Below, piece after piece: positions 56,501 to 64,000 of a stretch of 64,000 nt of DNA. The notes beneath the pieces are model-generated. The model was given only the letters and a program-made list of their open reading frames with translations. It did no database searches and was not told the origin of the DNA. Both the position numbers and the translations under genes were made by a program. Numbering within the stretch: the first letter of the stretch is position 1; every line of letters begins with the position of its first letter. The stretch spans positions 806,001 to 870,000 of the forward strand of contig OX337240.1 of the NCBI GenBank assembly GCA_946965045.2. The letters are read 5' to 3'. The DNA is from Epithemia pelagica. Its lineage: Eukaryota > Protista > Bacillariophyta.

Positions 56501-57467
56501 TTGGCCCCAGAAATGTCGCTGCTCCAAAACCAAGACAATTGACCCTCTGGGAGACCATTTGTTCTCATGCACCTCCGCTTCGAAAACAGCCCTTTCGAAT
56601 GCAATTCGAGACACCTTATTCGACGTACTTCGACAACTTGCACCTGCAGCTGGAACAGTCGAAACCACCCACGACGTCCACGTTGAGCCACCTGGTTTGG
56701 CTCCGCAACACGAGCGAAACATACGGCCCGCCGATGTCGGGATGCTCCTCCGCAAGCCACACCGCAACGACCACTTTCAATATGTGGCGATAGACATCAC
56801 CATTCCCCCACCTCAACAACCTTTGCCAATCCACGACCCGTCCGACCACAAAACAATAGCCACAATGGCATCAAGGGCGCATCACGAGGCAGCAAGGGCT
56901 AAGTTTTGTCGGGATCCACAAACAGCAACACACCTGCTCCACAACGGCGTTTATCTCTTACCATTCACCGTCGACCACCTGGGTTCCTTGGGATCTTTCG
57001 CCACTACCCTTCTTTTCCCATCAGAATATCACCACCCAACCTTGTCAACAACCGAACCTCCGCCATGGGATAACCCCTTTTTCGGAAAAGACGAAAAGAG
57101 AAGTAAATCACATCCAGCGGCCTACGCACTCTTCCAACAACTAAAAGAAGCCCCAAACAACATGCTTACAAAGGCAAACAAAAACACAAAAAAGTTTAGC
57201 TATCCAGAGGCTAACATATACACAATCGGACACTATGCCAAAGCCTCACTGGGCCATGCAATCATCTCGGCATTGGCCAACCACGCCAATAATAACATCA
57301 CAGCGATAAAACATCACCAATCCCATCGAAAAATTCGAATCACACAATTGCAAAATCTGGCAACACCATGTTTTGCACCAGTCACTCCGATCTACTCCCC
57401 GGCTCCAATGGCACAGTTCATCACTGCCACGGACACAACCCCACTCCTTTGCGAACTCCCCGCTTAG
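53526..57467 (+). CDS. LINE ORF2: 2 C2H2 zinc fingers + reverse transcriptase + CCHC/restriction-like endonuclease
   Basis: CPVPDC..H...H and CLKC..H...H; LRPIGIGTAIRRVAAK, LDLTNMFNNVSR, GFPQGCPLSP, IMDD, FLGQPIG; CRC..DHLFSC, RPADVG, AIDIT, LPFTVDHLG. Confidence 0.92.
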   Translation: MSERKTKTPRHCPVPDCPWTVSSSSTNPHASLKEHLITEHSETHPSDYLTPQYCNQHGFHPCLKCDTPTAIFTTEGHLRQHVTKEHSRAKTNLQLVLQTYRHSPPETERQWKDSLAYLHKLQLSPPPFRRSIWHKLKPPIKAEFYTTYNTVVSWILEATPPLSPSVLKDDRPPQHDIDASPFWKLLILLESLLLAPIKGTVHLTYANAFRARLSWFKTGRLEELHHIIWNPTPLPKQGANNKKKQKQRHRQQHHPSPSDQLPQWRLHSAQQLANLGNYRAAVKRLTTNTPPATLTAPRVERCQNELFPQRQRPPPSTRSHGQPTMGPPAAQYLKLTDESFERALRQMTPGTASGPFSTCIDTIVSMALHKTTKAPDATRPYFRNIKSLIQLVVTAQVPTTIQPILASNYFLALHKDMNNLERLRPIGIGTAIRRVAAKTALVHLTDAIQPLLLKGGQYGIQVPGGVDFVAQTTAMAVRQYIDRNPTTTDSSTTSTTTENRTTTTNPSTPSTTTDSRTRPPSRALVMLDLTNMFNNVSRTEARKILLEHDETTPLVPLFDLLTQHTCKQWYFDENKQAKFLRQEEGFPQGCPLSPLFSCLVLLALTNKLNKEQAKRAQQRQRNNNPHDDEMGGVGHTASIMDDTSVCLPHCNVPWFLKRFEALGQPLGIILNKSKTTILTSTDGTPPDTLDPTDKQFLEQALSFLSPADPAKAEITNGVRFLGQPIGSSNFAQQYIQNKVKKMHHKLDCFLQLPDLQTKHNLFKFTMVSSLLHLLPSDVYLAHTTTNPRTTLWSSPTTLETEKIVARFLSELTSLPETEISSSACLIAAMPQRLGGLGYQQAATSAYPRLLTQTARAIALATSSKTPIPRVHRRELNNWQESTDEYMTIFRKTLSLYAKEYAEEQLYTPKRYDHTTHKRLLHHTVQEHTLPRLVAETPPEQRTFLPGLLSPLTSLALSLPLTATQFCYPNEVFQTAIKRKLRLPLFVNDPTQSWPQKCRCSKTKTIDPLGDHLFSCTSASKTALSNAIRDTLFDVLRQLAPAAGTVETTHDVHVEPPGLAPQHERNIRPADVGMLLRKPHRNDHFQYVAIDITIPPPQQPLPIHDPSDHKTIATMASRAHHEAARAKFCRDPQTATHLLHNGVYLLPFTVDHLGSLGSFATTLLFPSEYHHPTLSTTEPPPWDNPFFGKDEKRSKSHPAAYALFQQLKEAPNNMLTKANKNTKKFSYPEANIYTIGHYAKASLGHAIISALANHANNNITAIKHHQSHRKIRITQLQNLATPCFAPVTPIYSPAPMAQFITATDTTPLLCELPA

Positions 57468-57530
57468 GAGTCCCACTTTACCATAGACAGTAACGTACTA
57501 AAAAAAAAAAGGTACGGATGTGGATCGACA

Positions 57531-58937
57531 ATGGCGATCCGACGGCGACACATCAAGAACTCCTGGACATGCCATGGACCCGACAGGTTATCATTAATCA
57601 TATTGATCAGTCTTGTAGTTCTGGATGATCTCCATTTATCAAGATGTGCGTCAACCGCTTCTGCCTGGAAGATTCCACTCGTTCCATCAACATCAACAAC
57701 TTCTCTGATGGCCGATCGACGGCGGTTGATTCTTGATCTTCCTTTGGCTATCGCAATGGGATCGTTGTGTCCGCCAGTTCCAACAGACACAGGAGCACAC
57801 TGTGCTTGGGCGGCTGATGTATCACCTCAATCATCGGACGATAGTTTCATTCGGGTTCCGCGATCACCTAGTGACACTGCCAGGCTTCCACGTATTGGAT
57901 ATTCCATGTACAAGACAGTTCGCGAACAAGTCGGGGAAGGAGTTTCATTGGCTTTGCTAGCCGGTGTCCGCCATTTTGATTGTGCTACTCAATACAGTAC
58001 GAATGCGGAGGTGGGTCGAGTCTTGCAACGATACATTCAGTCAGGTACTATCGAAACACGGGATGGTACTGTCAAAACAAGCAAACAAAGCCAAGAAAAG
58101 CGCCGAAATGAGTTATATCTTACTCACAAGGTATCAAATGCTGAACAATCTTTGTCAAGGGAAGAACTGCAGCGCAATGTTCTTCTTCAAGGAAGTGTTC
58201 TTTTGGGAAATACGAAGTCAAAAAGTAGACCGCCGTTGGATTTAGTAATGCTCCATTCTCCATTGACCGACCGCAATCGTCGACTTTCGTCTTACGCATC
58301 TTTGTGTGATTTGGTTGATCAACAAAAGATTGGAGCTGTGGGCGTGTGTCATTTTGGAGTGAAACCACTGCAGTAAGTGCACAAACACTGGGTTTGTCGG
58401 TGAGCCATGATCATGTCGAATTTCATACATCGATGTCTTTTATGTGATTGCTTTTTTGCTATTGGCAGAGAGATTGTAGATGCAGGTCTGCCCCCTCCAT
58501 CCGTCATTCAATTGGAGTTGTCACCCTTCAATCAACATACGGAGGTGGCGGCATGGGCCGCTTCTAATGACTGTCTATTGTCATGTGCGGCATGGTCCAA
58601 ATTGTCTTCCACCAATGGTCCCACGCAAGGTTGGGATATTCTTGGGTCCATTGCCAACGCTCGAGGAATGACCAAGCAACAAGTCCTCATTCGCTGGGCC
58701 ATCCAACGGGGCTACATGTGCGTACCCCGATCCAGCAGTCAATACAAGGTGGAACGACAGGCCATTGCCGAAAATTCCTGGACAGTCACGGAACCATTTG
58801 TACTGACAGACAAAGAAATGGCAATTCTTGATGGCTTGGATGAACAAATTTCGGCAGGGCAGCTTGGTGTGAAGGACGGCTGGGAGGAAAGTGACATACT
58901 GAGCAACAAATGGGATCCTACAACTGCAATGGTATAG
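57531..58937 (+). CDS. Aldo-keto reductase with an N-terminal hydrophobic leader; intron 58373-58468
   Basis: LPRIGY, GVRHFDCATQYSTNAEVG, LYLTHK, DLVMLHSP, VGVCHF, QLELSPF, QVLIRWAIQRG..VPRSS. The intron joins the frames (PLQ-EIVDAG). Confidence 0.92.
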
Positions 58938-59100
58938 CCGAACCGGGTCTTTGATGTACTCCTAGACGAGAGCATACTAACCGTTCAAGGGCAACTAGTC
59001 ACTCTAAGTAATGATGTAGGAGTACAGCAACTCGTGATCACTCAAAATCAACATATATTACTGAAGATCCATCCTCGGGATGCATTGGTGTCATGGGTTA

Positions 59101-60644
59101 CTAGATAATGTCACCGTCTCCCAGGTCTTCCTCTTCTTCTTCTTCAGCCTCTTCATCGTTTGTTTCAGTGGCTGTTCCACCTTCTGCTGTGTCGTCTTCG
59201 TCTTCATCTTCCTTCACATCATCTGGATCCTTGAAATCCACAAGCAGATCGCCAGCAGGTTTCTTCCTTGCGGGGGATCTAGTAGGGGAATCAACGCCGG
59301 TCCTCATGGGACTTCCAGCTCCTAAAATTTCAAGGAAGAAATCAAGTCAGTTCTGTCAAGAAAAACAAGATAAATGACCGTCATAGCAAAGTCACAGGAC
59401 ATACCTTTCGGGAAGTGGTGTTCCATCCAGAAATCGGCAATTTCCTCGCGTGTGCAGATCCAGACATCGCGACCATAGCTTCGAGCAAAGTCCAGGAACT
59501 CGGCAACAGCCGCCGCTCGTCCGGGACGAGCCAAACGACAATGCAAGGCTACCGTCATCATTTTAGCATGTCCTCCACGTCCTTCTTCCACCAGGTATCG
59601 AAGTGTGTCTTTCAAATCCTTGGCAAAGGCTTCCGCATTGGGATATCCATTGGGTTGTGTAAAACGCATATCGGTCTCAGTCATTGTGTAGGGAATCACA
59701 AGGTGCAGCTTGCCGTCAAAATCCATGTTCCAGTATGGCAAGTCATCCGCATAGGAATCCGAATCGTACTTGAAACCACCCTCCTCAACCACAAAGCGAC
59801 GAGACTTTTCGTTTGGCTGCAGAAAAAAATGACAAGTTGAGAGAGGACATACAAGCTCCCACGTTTATCCAGCTGAATGAACGAACCTTTCCAAAATAAA
59901 TACCAACGGGTCTTTTCCCTATCAACTGCTCGTGAATTTGAATGCAACGTTGTAGGTGCTCATTTTCCAGCTCTTCGTCCATTCCTGTGTAGTCCATTTC
60001 ACGATATCCATGAGACGCTACTTCCCAGTTCTTGCACAACCGACAGAGAAACAATACAAAGTCGTCAGAAACAATGAAAACAAGACAAGACTCAACCACT
60101 ACGAAAATTGTCACTGGGTACTCACCGACTGATCGCGCAACGCGTGACAAACGGCGGGATTTCGTTCCAGTGCCATTCCGACGGCAAACACTGTCGCGGG
60201 AGTCTTTTTCTTGGAAAACAAACGGTGCAAGCGCCAGAACCCAGCTCGCGAACCGTAATCATACTTTGATTCCGAACTAAGATTCCGCTCCACTCCTATC
60301 AATACTCGTCACCAAGAGAAAGCCGCAAATAATGAGGGAATCGCTTCAAGTGAGTCTCAAACTTCCATAGAAACAAAACAAGACCCGAAATCCACAATCA
60401 GATCGAATCGAATCCTGACGGCATGCGCACCTGTATCTCCATGCAATACACATTCCTCGCCACCTTCTTCGTAATTGATCACAAAGTTGAGCGCCACCTT
60501 TGCGCCCTTTGGCCATTTGACAGCAACTGCCGATGGTCCATAACCAAGCATATCTCGGTACGTGCCGGGTGCGCCATATTTGACCATACGGTCGTTGTCA
60601 TGAATCGACAAAGGCCACGTTTCTTTGTCTTTCTCGGTTGTCAT
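59101..60644 (-). CDS. PuuE-like allantoinase / polysaccharide-deacetylase family protein, 5 exons
   Basis: RDMLGYG..WPKGAKVALNFVINYEEGGE, DYGSRAGFWRL, TVFAVGMALERNP, WEVASHGYR, YDSDSYADDLPYW, KMMTVALHCRL. Introns 60031-60125, 59817-59886, 59322-59404. The first intron starts at 60430; its acceptor is unresolved. Confidence 0.85.
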
Positions 60645-61912
60645 GTCTCTCAATTACCAACCTCTAACACTCGCTTCAATCAATGACGACGATAGGGCTT
60701 GGATCAAAGGGTCTTCTTGGAAGCAAAAGAATGACCCCCTTCTCAGACACGAGCGTGAATCAGCTGTGCTATGTGCTCTACCCTATGGATCTTGCTACTC
60801 CGTGGGTACCTCTAGCTAGGAGTAGCTACTCCTAAGAGGAGTTCGAGGCAGGAAATCATCTCTTCTATGAACAACATCATGTTAATAACATGCTTCATGT
60901 CCTGATTATCACAAGCATGGTGGAGGGTGGAGCTTGCAAACAAGGTCACGAGCAACGGTTCGGTGTTCTGACAACTGCGCTGACTATTGAAGATATGGGA
61001 AGATTGGGTATTCGGGAAGGAGTCGATAAATGACGGCCGATAATCGCAAACAGCCTCTTGTGGTGCCTTGGTTGGATGGGTTCGTAGCCCGATAATGTAA
61101 TGGCTTTCTGGGATCTTCGACGCACAGCAAGATTCATGTTTTATCATGCCTCCGTCGAATGTTTCTGCAGGGAAATACTGCGAGACAAAATATTGTAGTG
61201 CATCTTACCTGCTCCTAATGCTCATCTTCCATTAAGATATCGGGTGACAACAGGATCATTTTATGACCTGGAGTCAAGAGAGGTGTTAATGAATAAGTCA
61301 CTACAATTTTCTCCGATCTTTCCTTGCACACGTATCCTTCTTGGAAAGATTTAAGCTCTTTTACAAGATTGATATATGTCTATGGCGATGAGAAGCATCG
61401 CATCCCAAAAGGTCACGGTCAAGGTGCTCCTTTCAAAGGCGACATGAGGCAAAAAAGGCATACGCCCAAAGCCCAAAGACCCAAAGAAAAAGACTGGGTT
61501 TGAAAGCGAAGAAAAATGCCTCTCGGGACGATCATACGTTGCAGCTCGCCGCGCGCGCTAATTTTACCATGCGCGAAGATGCATGTGCTACTATTGTATT
61601 GTACGAAGGTACGCTTATGTAAATAGTCCCCCGTGACTGGGGGATGCGCGGAGAGGCATGGCGAGGTACACTAACTATCGGTCGAGTCTCGCGTCTTGCC
61701 TCATTTTTCTCCTCCGTGTTTTTTGGTGGGCGGATCCAACCATGAAGCGGCGCACCTCGAACCTATGAAATTGGTAAGTCGCTTCGTGGAATCGTAAAAG
61801 TGCGCACCTCACTGGATGATAACGATAGCTCATTCACCGGTCTGCTCAACAAAAAATATTTTCCTTAATCTCTCTTTACAACTCGATCCTCAAAAGTATT
61901 CCACTCTCCACC

Positions 61913-62689
61913 ATGGATCCTCCCACATCAGTCAACAAGGAACAAACACAACCTTCAGGATCATCGTCGGATGAGATGCTTCAAAAGTTGCAGTCTGGAT
62001 GGTCGACGGTTGTGGAGCAAACAAAGGTTTCCATGAAGCATGTGGAAAATGCATTAACACCGACCGTTGAAGAAAAGAGTAAAACCACTCAGGATCGTAG
62101 CACACCAGAAGGAGCTTCGAACGACGATATGCTTCAGCACATTCAGTCCGGATGGACATCTGTGGTGGAGCACACCAAGGCTTCCATGAAGAAGATGGAA
62201 GATGCCATTACCCCCAAACCGGGAGAAGGAGAAGTGGACCCTACAAAGCAAGTCGAACAAGCCGAAGGTGGTACAGAAGCCAGCGACAACATGCTCCAGC
62301 ATCTCCAATCTGGTTGGAGTTCGGTCGTGGAACAGACCAAAGCGTCCATGAAGCATGTCGAAAAGGCAATCACACCGACAGTCGACACCGAGAATACCGA
62401 ACGATCGACCGAAACACCATTGCCCGAGAGTGGCGCGCCCTCCTCCAACAACGACGATATGCTTCAGCACATTCAGTCTGGCTGGACCACGGTTGTAGAA
62501 CACACCAAGGCCTCTGTTAAGGAAGTCGAAAAACATATTCCGACTGTGGTGGAGAAGACAAAGCAATCTCTTCAAAAGGCTCATGAAGCTGTCTCCTCGC
62601 GCACTGGATGGTTTGAGCAAACGGCTGAGGAGGACAAGGTTGACATTCCAGTTGTGCCAGAGATGAACGAGACGGCTGGCAATGCATAG
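61913..62689 (+). CDS. 258-aa protein with four amphipathic MLQHxQSGWxxVVExTKASxK repeats
   Basis: ATG-initiated open frame containing four conserved c.25-aa repeats separated by acidic linkers. Confidence 0.8.
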   Translation: MDPPTSVNKEQTQPSGSSSDEMLQKLQSGWSTVVEQTKVSMKHVENALTPTVEEKSKTTQDRSTPEGASNDDMLQHIQSGWTSVVEHTKASMKKMEDAITPKPGEGEVDPTKQVEQAEGGTEASDNMLQHLQSGWSSVVEQTKASMKHVEKAITPTVDTENTERSTETPLPESGAPSSNNDDMLQHIQSGWTTVVEHTKASVKEVEKHIPTVVEKTKQSLQKAHEAVSSRTGWFEQTAEEDKVDIPVVPEMNETAGNA

Positions 62690-63081
62690 GAATGTTTCAA
62701 AATGATGGTCTTGTCTCTGCTCATTTGTTTGTTTCGTGATTTTAGCACTCGATCAAGTACTCGTTCATATATATCAGGTCGACCTATTTACGTCCCTTGT
62801 CTCTTATTAATACTCGTAAGTTAAAGGGAAGTCACCCATATTCTTTCTAAGTAGCATCATTGAATCCCATACTCCAGGAAATCATGCAGTTTACTTGCCG
62901 GTAAGACGAAACTGTTCATGTTAGATCAAGAGATCGCATCCTAGAACCACAGCATTGCGAATTGCGAGGCTTTGGGAGACCTAACATGGAGCCAATCAGA
63001 TAGCCTTGGATTCCACGTGTAGGCTTCTCCACGTACCATGGGTTGTTTCGTCGCCATCAAATCGCAGAATTCAACACAAAA

Positions 63082-63999
63082 ATGAGACAACACAGAGAAA
63101 TGAAGTCGTTGGCGGTACTAGTACTATTTGTTGCAATGGCAAAAGTTGACGGACTTGCAATGATATGGGGTGGATGGAAATGGGGACAGTCATGCCAGGT
63201 TGCGACGCGGCTCTGCGTTGACAGTCGGCGATTTCGTTTTCGATCATTAACATCAACGACGACGACTAGCAGTACCAGTAGAGCACTGAGTACAAGTACT
63301 TCGAATGAAGATACAAATCACCATCAACTCACTCTGACTGCTGGTTCGATTCACGAATCGGAATATGAAGTGAAGAAGAGCAAGTTTATTGGTTATGCTA
63401 CTCATGTTCAAACCTGGGACGAAGCGTCGTCTTTTCTCGCTGACATTAAAGGGCAACATCCCAAGGCTCGGCATTGGTGTTATGGTTTTCGAACCGGTAG
63501 TCAGAATCCACAACCTGGTATAAACATGGACAACGACGAGAACAATGGGGAATCTGGATTCTTGTCAGAACGGTGCTCGGACGACGGTGAGCCGACAGGG
63601 ACGGCTGGAGCTCCCATTTTGGGTGCCATTCAAGGACAAGGCTTGACCAATGTCATGTGTGTTGTGGTCCGTTACTTTGGTGGCATCAAACTTGGAGCTG
63701 GAGGTCTCATTCGTGCCTATGGAGCCTCGGCTCGACAAGTGTTGAGGGAGGCCGAATCGAACTACCAAGTGGTCCTTCCCACGACTCCTCGCACTGTTAC
63801 TGTGTCGGCACAACAAGTGGGAGCCCTGTACGACGTATTACAACAACACCAACAACGGGGGACCATTGTTCGTTCCGGGGAGGAAACCTATGGACTCGAT
63901 GGGAGTCTCACCCTTTCGGTAAATTGCGTTGTGGACCATGTGGATGCCTTTGAACGGGCACTGCAGGATGCTACACGGGGAAAGGCAGTTATTTCATGA
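63082..63999 (+). CDS. IMPACT/YigZ (UPF0029) family protein with a possible signal/transit peptide
   Basis: EVKKSKFIGYA, HPKARHWCYG, SDDGEPTGTAGAPIL, VVVRYFGGIKLGAGGLIRAYG. Stop at 63997-63999. The start is either 63082 or 63100. Confidence 0.92.
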   Translation: MRQHREMKSLAVLVLFVAMAKVDGLAMIWGGWKWGQSCQVATRLCVDSRRFRFRSLTSTTTTSSTSRALSTSTSNEDTNHHQLTLTAGSIHESEYEVKKSKFIGYATHVQTWDEASSFLADIKGQHPKARHWCYGFRTGSQNPQPGINMDNDENNGESGFLSERCSDDGEPTGTAGAPILGAIQGQGLTNVMCVVVRYFGGIKLGAGGLIRAYGASARQVLREAESNYQVVLPTTPRTVTVSAQQVGALYDVLQQHQQRGTIVRSGEETYGLDGSLTLSVNCVVDHVDAFERALQDATRGKAVIS

Positions 64000-64000
64000 T

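Larger units (their letters stand above)
50027..57510 (+). mobile_element. Non-LTR retrotransposon, CRE-like with RLE endonuclease, two ORFs, poly(A) tail
   Basis: ORF1 plus an RT-bearing ORF2; A11 at 57500-57510, 33 nt after the ORF2 stop; strong A/C strand bias. The 5' boundary is tentative (GTACGG at 50021 and 57512). Confidence 0.85.

Noticed and set aside
50095-57489. CCATAGACA as the LINE TSD
   Set aside because: The right copy lies inside the element, before the poly(A).
60812-61147. 111-aa minus-strand ORF, possible degenerate gene fragment
   Set aside because: No recognisable family and AT-rich context; insufficient support.

Overview
Eukaryotic genomic DNA, very probably from a raphid pennate diatom: compact genes, short GT-AG introns, diatom-type Ty1/copia elements and diatom-type LRR/ankyrin proteins. 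About half the window is transposable elements. (1) A disabled copia (c.8.2-20.0 kb) that has lost its 5' LTR. (2) A 6.4-kb DNA transposon nested in that copia's 3' UTR. It encodes an intact 1277-aa protein with GCM DNA-binding domain + Mutator-like DDE core + putative USP/papain-like protease + PARP-type zinc finger. It has a candidate 6-bp TSD, no TIRs, and subterminal hairpins and tandem repeats. (3) A very young full-length copia (37707-44779) with identical 174-bp LTRs, gag and pol separated by one in-frame UGA, and a tRNA-like leader. (4) A two-ORF CRE-like non-LTR retrotransposon with an RLE endonuclease. Host genes: ankyrin-repeat protein, VPS50/syndetin, MABP-Sec7-PH ArfGEF, sulfotransferase-like membrane protein (plus an inverted partial pseudogene copy), tandem-GNAT SSAT-like acetyltransferase, LRR membrane protein, aldo-keto reductase, PuuE-like allantoinase, a 4-repeat amphipathic protein and an IMPACT/YigZ protein. 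All family calls come from motif recognition by eye; no database searches were run.
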